From: Acidilobaceae archaeon
GTDB taxonomy: Archaea > Thermoproteota > Thermoprotei_A > Sulfolobales > Acidilobaceae
Reading direction: 5' to 3'
NCBI GenBank assembly: GCA_026985385.1
Contig: JALSQM010000036.1
Span: forward strand, 1 to 49,133
Length of the DNA stretch: 49,133 bases
Positions 1 to 7,680 of this stretch are shown piece after piece; the stretch's first letter is position 1, and every line of letters starts with the position of its first letter. Below the pieces are notes generated by a model. It made no database searches, had not been told where the DNA came from, and was given only the letters and a program-made list of their open reading frames with translations. A program made the position numbers and the translations under genes.

Positions 1-57
1 TATCTAACATACGAGCTAGTGCCCGTGGAGGAGTAAGCACAACAAAGCCGCGGGGGC

Positions 58-85
58 GAGGGGCAGCTAACCCCTCTTTTTCTCC
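58..85 (+). terminator. Hairpin plus oligo-T, a candidate terminator for a + strand gene entering from the left edge
   Basis: GAGGGG (58-63), a 7-nt loop, then CCCCTC (71-76), followed directly by TTTTTCT. It lies about 20 nt after an in-frame TAA at 34-36 of an open frame running from position 1 (...YLTYELVPVEE*). Confidence 0.3.
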
Positions 86-240
86 AAGGCCGGCATTTCA
101 TTCTCATTGTTCATAGCAGTTCTGCTGGCTTGTGGTAGGCGGCGGTGATCCCTCGACCTCTCCGGCGTGGTTTTTATTCTGGCAGGGGCTGGGGTGTATA
201 GTTGCCTAGGTTGGGCATCTATTACCCACCCTAGGGGCTG

Positions 241-1482
241 TTGCCTAGCGGTTGGGGTGTGGGATACGTGGTCTTCCCCTTCAAGAGCGTGGAGGACTTT
301 AAGATAGAGATAACTGAGGAGCACGAGCTATTCAGGAAGGCTGTGAGGGAGTTCGTGGAGAACACTGTAATGCCTAGGTGGCAGGAGATAGAGCAGACGA
401 ACCAGATACCAAAGGAGATATTCGACGCCATGAGGGAGCAGGGCCTCTTCGGAGTAGGCTTCCCGGAGGAGCTAGGCGGCCAGGGCGGGGGCCAGTTGAT
501 GACTGCTATACTGATGGAGGAGATTGCCAGGGCGGTGCCGAGCCTGGCGGTGGCATTTGGTGTTAACCACCTCTTCGGAATACCGATACTCCTATTCGGG
601 AGCGAGGATCTCAAGAAGAAGTATATTCCACCCGTTGCTAGGGGCGAGAAGTTCGGGGCCCACGCTAACACGGAGCCTGGGGCCGGCAGCGATGTAGCCA
701 ACATACAGAGCAGGGCCCGGAAGGTGAATGACCACTACATACTCAATGGTAGGAAGGTATTCATAAGCGGCGCTGAGAAGGCCGACTACCTGGTAGTCTC
801 GGCTAGGACTGTGCCCATAGAGCAGGCCATCAAGGAGAAGGGTAAGCGCTGGTGGGGCATAACGGTCTTCGTCGTCGAGAAGGACTGGCCCGGGGTGAAG
901 ATAGGCCAGCAGTTCAAGGTAATGGGTATGAGGGGCGAGCAGCCCTACGAGGTGATACTCGAGGACGTCAAGGTGCCGGCTGAGAATGTGGTGGGCCCGG
1001 AGAATGAAGGCTTCAAGGTCGTGGTAACCACCTACGACTACACTAGGATTGGTATAGCAGCACAGGCAGTGGGAATTGCACAGGGCGCGTTCGAGAAGGC
1101 TCTAAACTATGCCCTCCAGAGGGAGACATTCGGCCAGCCCCTAATAGCGCATGAGATGATAATAGACAAGATAGCGTACATGTACATGAAACTCGAGGCG
1201 GCGAGACTACTCACCTACTGGGCCGCAACGCTCGCAGACCAGCAGCGCCCAGAATTCATAATAGCCGCAAGCCTAGCGAAGGCATTCGCTACAGAGACAG
1301 CAGAGTGGATAGCCAGGCAGGCCATCCAGATACACGGAGGCTACGGAGTCGACACGGAGACAGGCGTTGAGAGATACCTGAGGGATGCGATAATAACGAC
1401 AATCTACGAGGGCACAAACGAGATACAGAGACTCACAATAGTGAGGCAGCTTGTAAGACAGGCGTTCGGCCTCAAGATATAA
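241..1482 (+). CDS. Acyl-CoA dehydrogenase (FAD-dependent)
   Basis: The 413-aa ORF carries classic ACAD signatures: EEHELFRKAVREFVE at the N-terminus, the GAHANTEPGAGSD loop, YDYTRIGIAAQAVGIAQGA, and the C-terminal QIHGGYGV..ERYLRDAIITTIYEGTNEIQR. The true start may be the in-frame GTG at 268 or 289. Confidence 0.9.
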   Translation: MPSGWGVGYVVFPFKSVEDFKIEITEEHELFRKAVREFVENTVMPRWQEIEQTNQIPKEIFDAMREQGLFGVGFPEELGGQGGGQLMTAILMEEIARAVPSLAVAFGVNHLFGIPILLFGSEDLKKKYIPPVARGEKFGAHANTEPGAGSDVANIQSRARKVNDHYILNGRKVFISGAEKADYLVVSARTVPIEQAIKEKGKRWWGITVFVVEKDWPGVKIGQQFKVMGMRGEQPYEVILEDVKVPAENVVGPENEGFKVVVTTYDYTRIGIAAQAVGIAQGAFEKALNYALQRETFGQPLIAHEMIIDKIAYMYMKLEAARLLTYWAATLADQQRPEFIIAASLAKAFATETAEWIARQAIQIHGGYGVDTETGVERYLRDAIITTIYEGTNEIQRLTIVRQLVRQAFGLKI

Positions 1483-1634
1483 CCCAAGGTGTAATCCCAG
1501 CTCCACCTCTCCCCGCTTCACTCATAAGGCGCCAGCTTCTTTACCGCTCCTAACCCCTCGGGTTGTTTCGCCGCGGAGACCCGGCTTGCGCCCCTCATGC
1601 CTTACAGTCTTGACACTCTTGGAGGTAGTGGTTG

Positions 1635-2090
1635 CTACCTTGACTGAGCCCATCCCCAGTAGACGTAGCCCTTCTCCGTGTATACCTTGAAGTAGACCTG
1701 GGTTCCGCTGGGTATGCTCTTGGATACCTTTAAGGCCACCCAGAACTCGCTGCCGACACTAGCGACGACCCTGCCATTTACTATTTCAGCGCTGCCTGTG
1801 GTGGTGTTAACTATGCGTATATCTACGATGCTTGCATCGTCTACCTTGAACCATAGCGTGGCGGTCGGGTCTATGTGTGTCTTGATGTGCAGGTATAGGG
1901 TAGACGATTTAGAGTCGAAGTAGGAGTCCCCGAAAATTTCGATGGCCTGCCCATGGATCGTAGAGTGTATATTCCAGAAGCCGACTAGCCACGATACAAA
2001 GGCTATAGAGACGGCGATGGTGGCAGCTATTAGTATTATGAGTGCCACCACGGGCTCGATAGAACGACGCTTGGAGTTCCCCCTCTTCAA
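1635..2090 (-). CDS. Archaeal type IV pilin-like protein (class III signal peptide), distal pilin of the operon
   Basis: Track ORF 1635..2168 is trimmed here to the in-frame TTG at 2090. This gives (M)KRGNSKRRS|IEPVVALIILIAATIAVSIAFVSWLVGFW, a short basic leader followed by a long hydrophobic helix, as in archaeal pilin/archaellin N-terminal domains. The rest looks beta-rich. A TATA-like box lies about 24 nt upstream of the TTG. Confidence 0.7.
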   Translation of the reverse strand: MKRGNSKRRSIEPVVALIILIAATIAVSIAFVSWLVGFWNIHSTIHGQAIEIFGDSYFDSKSSTLYLHIKTHIDPTATLWFKVDDASIVDIRIVNTTTGSAEIVNGRVVASVGSEFWVALKVSKSIPSGTQVYFKVYTEKGYVYWGWAQSR

Positions 2091-2109
2091 AGGGGCTCTA
2101 CACCCCCTC

Positions 2110-2117
2110 TTAATATA
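2110..2117 (-). promoter_or_regulatory. TATA-like box (TATATTAA on the minus strand) for the distal pilin gene
   Basis: The box is centred about 24 nt upstream of the TTG at 2090, in the 77-nt gap after the glycosyltransferase stop. That spacing fits a leaderless crenarchaeal transcript. Confidence 0.35.
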
Positions 2118-2167
2118 CTCCCAGAGGCTAATAATAGAGCCTCCTACTAGAAGGGCATTCACCCACA

Positions 2168-3460
2168 CTAAGAGCTAAGGGTGGCGAGGAGCTTTACGTT
2201 CCCCAGCGTGAAGGATAGCGCTAATGCTAGCACGTAATAGGCTAGGGCTAGTATTAGTAGATGGTAGCGCCCCCTCCGCCCTAAGACCACGGGGGCGGCT
2301 ATGGCGCTCATGTAATGGAGAGGCAGGTAGTACCACGCAATAGGCTCTAGCAGCCCCAGTAGCAGGAAGGCATAAACATTAACGAGGGCCAGCAGGCGGC
2401 CCAAACTCTCTGGCTCATCTAGAGTCTTAGAGCCGAGTATTCTCCATAGGAGAGGCGCTGCGAGGACTAGTACCACTGCTACGTAGGGCGAGTATTCGCC
2501 TAGGTTCATGAAGACCAGCCACCCAGCCCTCACAGGCGTGCTAGCTACTACCTCGGAACTATTGGGTACTACAGTGAAGTTCACCTTGTAGAGCCTCCAC
2601 ACCTCTACTCCCGCGAATATCTTGAGCGATGAGATGGCTGCCATAGCCGCCCTCGGCCCGTGGAGCCTCTCATGGTAGCGGAGCGAGGCCACTAACCCAT
2701 CCGCTATAGACTCCAGCTCCCCCACGCTGTGGGCCCTCAACAGGCAGGCAGAGTACACAATGGGAGCCAGGGCTATCGTGAATACTATAGAGGCTATGAG
2801 GTACGACGCCACACCCCAAGAGACTCTAGGGTCACCCCCGACTCGCCTACCGCGTAGGTGGGCGGCGATTACTACAACAAGTAGCGAGAGCACGTAGAAG
2901 GCCGCTATGTACTTAGCGTAGAAGGCTAGAGCAAGCACCAGGCCCGCCGCCAGCGTGTATGCTCTAGAGCCGCGCCTACCTCCGCTTCTCTCCCTGGGAT
3001 GCCTGCTCAGCCTGGTGAGGAGGCTGATGAAGAGGGCCTCCGACGCAAGTATTAGTAGCGTGGAAACATTATCTAGGAGGGCCGCGCCCCACACGTTAGC
3101 CACGAGGGGATCCACGGAAAGGAGCGCTGCAGCAAGGATCCCCCCTCGGCGGTCAGAGAGCCTAGAAGCTACATAATACGATAGAGCTATAGAGGATACG
3201 TAACCCACCAACAAGAAGGCGCGGAGGGCAGACATCGAAATCCACGCCAGGAGGCCATAGACGTACTTCCCCAGCGGTGGATGCTCAGGGTTACACGTGA
3301 GGGGGCAAGCACCCTCAACGTATTTCAAGCCACACGCTATATAAATCCTCTCATCCAAGTACGTGTTATGGAGCAGGTAATGAATAATCATATAGGAGAA
3401 GGGAGAGACGGACAACACCGATATAAGGGGCAAAAAGCTGAGGATGGGAAGACGTTTCAT
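2168..3460 (-). CDS. Polytopic GT-C glycosyltransferase, PMT/GT39 (protein O-mannosyltransferase)/ArnT-like
   Basis: The 430-aa protein has many predicted TM helices. Its first loop region carries YLDERIY (a DE motif) and CNPEHPPLGKYVYGL (HPPLxK), both hallmarks of polyprenyl-phosphate-sugar-dependent PMT-family enzymes. Confidence 0.65.
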   Translation of the reverse strand: MKRLPILSFLPLISVLSVSPFSYMIIHYLLHNTYLDERIYIACGLKYVEGACPLTCNPEHPPLGKYVYGLLAWISMSALRAFLLVGYVSSIALSYYVASRLSDRRGGILAAALLSVDPLVANVWGAALLDNVSTLLILASEALFISLLTRLSRHPRERSGGRRGSRAYTLAAGLVLALAFYAKYIAAFYVLSLLVVVIAAHLRGRRVGGDPRVSWGVASYLIASIVFTIALAPIVYSACLLRAHSVGELESIADGLVASLRYHERLHGPRAAMAAISSLKIFAGVEVWRLYKVNFTVVPNSSEVVASTPVRAGWLVFMNLGEYSPYVAVVLVLAAPLLWRILGSKTLDEPESLGRLLALVNVYAFLLLGLLEPIAWYYLPLHYMSAIAAPVVLGRRGRYHLLILALAYYVLALALSFTLGNVKLLATLSS

Positions 3461-3485
3461 CCCTCCAGGGGGCGCCTCACTAAGG

Positions 3486-3881
3486 CTAGCTACTCGCTAC
3501 AACGTAACCCTGGTAGACATTGCCAGAAGCGGTGTAGACTTTGATTAGGTATTGAGTGCCAGCAGTCGCGTTTGTGGTTAAGCCAACAAATATTGTCGTA
3601 TCTGCGCCTTGCGGCAGTGTTACGGATGTTACATTACCAACACCTAAGCCGACCACCTCTACTTTGGTTATTACCGCGGCTTTAGAACCGGTATTCTTTA
3701 TATGGAGCGTGAGAACGCTACCTGTCAGGCTGGTGTCGGGCATTACTGTTAGCTGCTCTGTTGTGCCGAAGGTGCCCCAGAGGCCCATGAGCCAGCCTGC
3801 TACTGCGATACTTATCGCTATGGCCACTGCCACTATGATTACCGTGGCTATCACAGGGCTTATCGAGCGCCTGCTCCTCAT
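3486..3881 (-). CDS. Archaeal type IV pilin (class III signal peptide), likely the major pilin
   Basis: The N-terminus MRSRRS|ISPVIATVIIVAVAIAISIAVAGWLMGLWG matches the archaeal prepilin consensus (basic leader, then xSPVIATV...). By hand count the mature ~95 aa are about 26% Ser/Thr, with two N-x-T sequons. GGTG sits about 7 nt upstream of the ATG. Confidence 0.8.
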   Translation of the reverse strand: MRSRRSISPVIATVIIVAVAIAISIAVAGWLMGLWGTFGTTEQLTVMPDTSLTGSVLTLHIKNTGSKAAVITKVEVVGLGVGNVTSVTLPQGADTTIFVGLTTNATAGTQYLIKVYTASGNVYQGYVVASS

Positions 3882-3926
3882 GGGCGAGCACCTACCCTGT
3901 CAGTTTAAGTGGGAGGATGGGAGCGG

Positions 3927-3934
3927 TTTTATAG
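3927..3934 (-). promoter_or_regulatory. TATA-like box (CTATAAAA on the minus strand) upstream of the pilin gene
   Basis: It lies in the 164-nt gap between the platform-gene stop and the pilin ATG, about 49 nt upstream of the ATG. This would give a short leader carrying a GGTG Shine-Dalgarno-like element. Confidence 0.25.
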
Positions 3935-4045
3935 ATAAGGAGTTTGCATGCATGTTTGCCCATGGATAGTTTGCCTATAGAGGAGGGAATTAGTGGAAAC
4001 CACGTATTTATTCTTGATAATAGGGTGTTTATTAAGTGATTGTAT

Positions 4046-5932
4046 CTAGTGCGGCACTAGTGGGATGTGGTGCAGTGTTGCGCCCGCAGTGAGTAGCGAG
4101 AGTATGGAGAGTATTATTGCGTGCGTGAACCCAGCTGCTAGGTAGGAGTCCTGGATCTTGCCTGCTACCAGTCCCATTAGCCAGGAGTTGAACACGCCAC
4201 CAACAGTGAGGAGGAGCGCGACCTTCGGTAGTTGCCTCTTTATCAGCTCCGCCCCTGCAAGGCCTGGCGCTGTGGCTGCGTGTGTCGAGAGTAGGGTGCT
4301 AGCCGTGAAGCCTAGTATGAGTAGGCTCGATACGACTACGAGTATTGCCCCCATGTAGGGCATGTACATGTAGGATCTCAGCCTCCGCTTCAGCTCCTCC
4401 TCGATCTCAACGAGGCTATGAGCGTACCTGGCGAGGGCGTCGAGGGTCTCACTGGTGCCCCCGCCAACTAGGATGCTATCCGCTAGGAACCTCATGTTAG
4501 CTAGGAGTAGCCAGTCCTTGAAGCCCCTCAGAGCTCTCCTCAGGGCCTCCTCGACGCTCACCCCTATGCTTAGAGCTGCAGCTACTCTTCTAATGATAGG
4601 TGTTAGGGGGCCATACTCGCGCTCCGCTAGCATCTCAATGCTCTTCTCGGGGCTTAGGCCTGTCTTCCTCACCTCGGCTAGATCCCTCAGGAAGTTGGCT
4701 GTAGCCCTCCCTAGACCCCTGGTCCTCCTCCTCTCCATGATGTAGACGTAGGCGCCGGGTGCTACAAGGGCTATCAGGGAGGCCGCCACGGCGGAGGAGA
4801 GGCCCAGTATCGAAGATGCCGTGATAGAGCCGCGTAGGGCCTGATAGCCTTGGGTGGCGTATAGCACCATCGGGAACGCTATAAGGGCTAGGGGCACTCC
4901 TATGTAGAGGGTGTACCTATAGGGCTTATTGAATGCTATGGGTGTCTTAGGCTGCGCCTCATGTATCATGTAGAGCAGCAGAATAGTCATGAGCGGGAGG
5001 AACACGAAGGAGAACAGGGCGAGCTGCGCTATGCCCCCGAAGTGAGCCCCAGCGGGGAAGATCGCTGAGATGGTGAAGAATATGTAGAAGGTGAGGGCCA
5101 GTACGACAGCTATGGTCACGTACACCTCTGTGAACATACTCATACGCTCGGCTATGGTCTTGAGCTCCTCTATTCTCGAGGAGAATATGTCCTGAGTCCT
5201 AATCTCTAGGTAGTGTAATACATCGCCTCCCGTGCGTACGGTGGTGATATAGCCGAGCATTAACTCCCTATACCGGGGGCTCGGGTGCTCTATGGCGTGA
5301 TCCTCTATTGCAGTGAGGGGATCCTTTCCGAAGATCTTGATATCCCTCAGAATCATTTTAGCCTCCTCTCTAACAGACTTGAAGACCCTCAGATTAGCGA
5401 CCCTCTCAAGTATCTTAGCTATGGGAACGCCTCCTCGGGCCATTGTGGTTAGGTAAGCGGCGAAGAAGGGTAGCTCAGTTTCAACGCCATTCTTCCTACT
5501 ACTCACCCTGCCCGAGGGGTATGAGAGCCCTATGCCGAAGACCATTAAGGGCACTAGGAGTAGCGACATTACGGAGAAGACCTTTATGATGCGGGATATG
5601 TGGAGGAGCGATATGAGGGCCGATAAATACAATGACACGGAGAGAGCTAGGGTCGTATATAGGAGTAGCCTAGCCGCATACATCTGAGGGCTAACGCGCA
5701 TGCCGGCCCTCTTGAGCGCCCTTTCAAGGTCGAAGGCCCGAACCAGCTTCTCGGCGGGACCCCTGAAGTAGCTCATAGCTATTATGTCTAGGAGATCCTG
5801 TAAACTCATGCGTCTGGGGGGCCTGTAAACTCTTCTAGTAGGCTCTACCTCTCCTGGGAGGCCTTCTTTTCTTCTCCTGAAGAGGCGGGCCAGCCTCCTC
5901 TTCAGACCCTCGAAGGCCATGAAGTACCTCAC
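4046..5932 (-). CDS. Type IV pilus/archaellum-type polytopic platform protein (FlaJ/TadC/PilC, T2SS-F family)
   Basis: The 628-aa protein has a duplicated architecture of a cytoplasmic helical domain followed by a TM cluster, as in FlaJ/TadBC. Its GTG start overlaps the TGA stop of the upstream ATPase (GTGA at 5929-5932). Confidence 0.85.
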   Translation of the reverse strand: MRYFMAFEGLKRRLARLFRRRKEGLPGEVEPTRRVYRPPRRMSLQDLLDIIAMSYFRGPAEKLVRAFDLERALKRAGMRVSPQMYAARLLLYTTLALSVSLYLSALISLLHISRIIKVFSVMSLLLVPLMVFGIGLSYPSGRVSSRKNGVETELPFFAAYLTTMARGGVPIAKILERVANLRVFKSVREEAKMILRDIKIFGKDPLTAIEDHAIEHPSPRYRELMLGYITTVRTGGDVLHYLEIRTQDIFSSRIEELKTIAERMSMFTEVYVTIAVVLALTFYIFFTISAIFPAGAHFGGIAQLALFSFVFLPLMTILLLYMIHEAQPKTPIAFNKPYRYTLYIGVPLALIAFPMVLYATQGYQALRGSITASSILGLSSAVAASLIALVAPGAYVYIMERRRTRGLGRATANFLRDLAEVRKTGLSPEKSIEMLAEREYGPLTPIIRRVAAALSIGVSVEEALRRALRGFKDWLLLANMRFLADSILVGGGTSETLDALARYAHSLVEIEEELKRRLRSYMYMPYMGAILVVVSSLLILGFTASTLLSTHAATAPGLAGAELIKRQLPKVALLLTVGGVFNSWLMGLVAGKIQDSYLAAGFTHAIILSILSLLTAGATLHHIPLVPH

Positions 5933-7590
5933 CCGAAGGCTTCAGCACTCCTTAGGGCATCCCTGGCTCTCTCATAGACTCTTGAGGGGGAGGCGTAATA
6001 CTCGCTCACGACCTTGTATACCTTCCTATAGTCTGTTATGCCCTCGACTGCGAGCCATTTTAGTATAGTTGACCTCTTCTCGATCTCCTCGGCGACCCAG
6101 GTGTAGTCTGCTCCCACCTGCTCGGCTATACTCCTCAATACAATGCTCTGCCCGAAGTTGACTTCATGCCTCCTCGTGGCCGGGTTCCACCTGGCTATTA
6201 CTGGGTAGTCGTTGTAGTCCCTTATCTCCCATACCTCCGTGACTCTCCTAGCTATCTTGTAGGTTCCGTCGGGGTTGTAGAGTCGAACCCTCTTGATGAC
6301 GGCGGCGAAGTTCATGAGTGGTATGTAGCTTTCCGGGATATTCATAGGGGGGCTCGTTAGCCTCTTGACCGCGGCATCTATGGTCTCAGCGTGGAGCGTT
6401 GTTAAGCCTCCGTGGCCCGTGGCTATGGCTTGGAAAAGCACGTAGGCCTCCTCGCCTCTAACCTCACCCACTATAATTACGTCGGGCCTATACCTAAGAC
6501 TTACTTTAACGAGGTCGAAGAGCGTTATCTCACCCACCTTCTCCGGCCCTATGCCATAGCTAGGCCTGGCAACCAGCTGAACCCAGTTATCGAGGGTTAG
6601 CTTAAGCTCGGGAGTATCCTCTATGGTAACCACCTTTGTGGTAGGCTTTAACATGCTGGCGAGCACGTTTAGCAGCGTTGTTTTACCGGCGCCAGTAACT
6701 CCCAGTATTAGGCCTGTGTTCTTGAATTCCATCGCCAACCAGAAATACGCCGCGAGCTCAGGGCTCAGGGTGCCTCCTCTAATTAGGTCTATCACACTAA
6801 GCGGCTTCTCCCTAAACTTCCTTATCGTGAACGTTGAACCCTTCATGCTTACCTCGCGCTTAAAGGTTGCAGCCAGCCTGTGGCCCCCGGGCAGTATAGC
6901 GTCCACGATGGGGAATGCGACACTGACGTGCTTTCCAGCCTTATGAGCGAGTTTTACAACCATGTTATCGAGTTCGTCCTCGGTCTCGAATACTATGTTG
7001 GTGGGTATACTCTCGTATTCCCTGTGCCATACATAGATCGGCTTCCCTACGCCATCACAGCTTATATCCTCTATATTCTCGTCCTTCATAATGGGGTCTA
7101 TCTTGCCGTACCCCACGGTATCGCGTATCACGTAGTACTGAATCTTCCTCCAGCTGATGAGCGGTGATATGGTCTCGCCGAAGCGTAACATATACCTTTG
7201 TATGACGCGCTTAGCCTCCTCCCTGAAGTGCTCGTAGGGGTCAACACCGCTCTTTGGGGGCTCCATCTCCCAGTAGAGTGCATCCATTATTTTATTGTAG
7301 ACCTCCCTCTCAGCCTCATTCAGGGGAATCTCATCCACCCAGTAGAGGGTCTCGCCAGTCTCGGGGTTCTGGAGTATTACGGCCCTACTCCAAGGCTCCT
7401 CAAGCGGGTAGACCTTAACAGGCTTGAAGCCCGCCCTTGTTAGGGAAGCGAAGCCGGCACTTGCGCGTATGGCCTCTAGGCGCTCCTGCTGTGGTAAGGC
7501 GGCCTCTTCCAGGCCCAGCTTGACGGGCCTTTTCTTCCCTCTCCTACCGACACCGCGGAACCTGCTGAATAGCCGGCCTAGATCTACCAC
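5929..7590 (-). CDS. Type II/IV secretion-family ATPase (FlaI/TadA/UpsE/AapE-like)
   Basis: The 553-aa protein has Walker A GVTGAGKTTLLN, Asp box/Walker B VVTIEDTPEL...RYRPDVIIVGEVRGEEA, and His box ATGHGGLTTLHA. Confidence 0.9.
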   Translation of the reverse strand: MVDLGRLFSRFRGVGRRGKKRPVKLGLEEAALPQQERLEAIRASAGFASLTRAGFKPVKVYPLEEPWSRAVILQNPETGETLYWVDEIPLNEAEREVYNKIMDALYWEMEPPKSGVDPYEHFREEAKRVIQRYMLRFGETISPLISWRKIQYYVIRDTVGYGKIDPIMKDENIEDISCDGVGKPIYVWHREYESIPTNIVFETEDELDNMVVKLAHKAGKHVSVAFPIVDAILPGGHRLAATFKREVSMKGSTFTIRKFREKPLSVIDLIRGGTLSPELAAYFWLAMEFKNTGLILGVTGAGKTTLLNVLASMLKPTTKVVTIEDTPELKLTLDNWVQLVARPSYGIGPEKVGEITLFDLVKVSLRYRPDVIIVGEVRGEEAYVLFQAIATGHGGLTTLHAETIDAAVKRLTSPPMNIPESYIPLMNFAAVIKRVRLYNPDGTYKIARRVTEVWEIRDYNDYPVIARWNPATRRHEVNFGQSIVLRSIAEQVGADYTWVAEEIEKRSTILKWLAVEGITDYRKVYKVVSEYYASPSRVYERARDALRSAEAFG

Positions 7591-7608
7591 GCCCCCACCG
7601 CCCCACCG

Positions 7609-7616
7609 TCTATAGT
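7609..7616 (-). promoter_or_regulatory. Weak TATA-like element (ACTATAGA on the minus strand) for the pilus ATPase operon
   Basis: It is centred about 23 nt upstream of the GTG start at 7590, which is leaderless-type spacing. It lies in the 90-nt divergent intergenic region. Confidence 0.3.
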
Positions 7617-7651
7617 AGCTATTCCCTAACTAGTCCAGAGGAGGGGGAGCC

Positions 7652-7658
7652 ATATAAA
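7652..7658 (+). promoter_or_regulatory. TATA box (ATATAAA) for the giant surface-protein gene
   Basis: It is centred about 26 nt upstream of the ATG at 7681, which is the typical geometry for a leaderless crenarchaeal mRNA. Confidence 0.4.
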
Positions 7659-7680
7659 CTACCGGCAAACATCACCCGAA

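Noticed and set aside
1-36. The 3' end of a + strand gene at the left edge (...YLTYELVPVEE*).
   Set aside because: Only 11 codons are visible, which is too little to call a CDS or product. It is noted only because the hairpin/T-run at 58-85 would fit as its terminator.
2091-2168. The 5' extension of the distal pilin ORF (MWVNALLVGGSIISLWEYIKRGCRAP...).
   Set aside because: It would place 35 residues, including a hydrophobic stretch, ahead of the class III signal. An in-frame TTG at 2090 with a TATA-like box about 24 nt upstream gives a canonical short basic leader.
4046-7590. The FlaI/FlaJ-like gene pair read as an archaellum operon.
   Set aside because: There are no archaellin-sized FlaB genes and no FlaG/F/H/X/C-like accessory genes in the locus. 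The associated subunits are short pilins.
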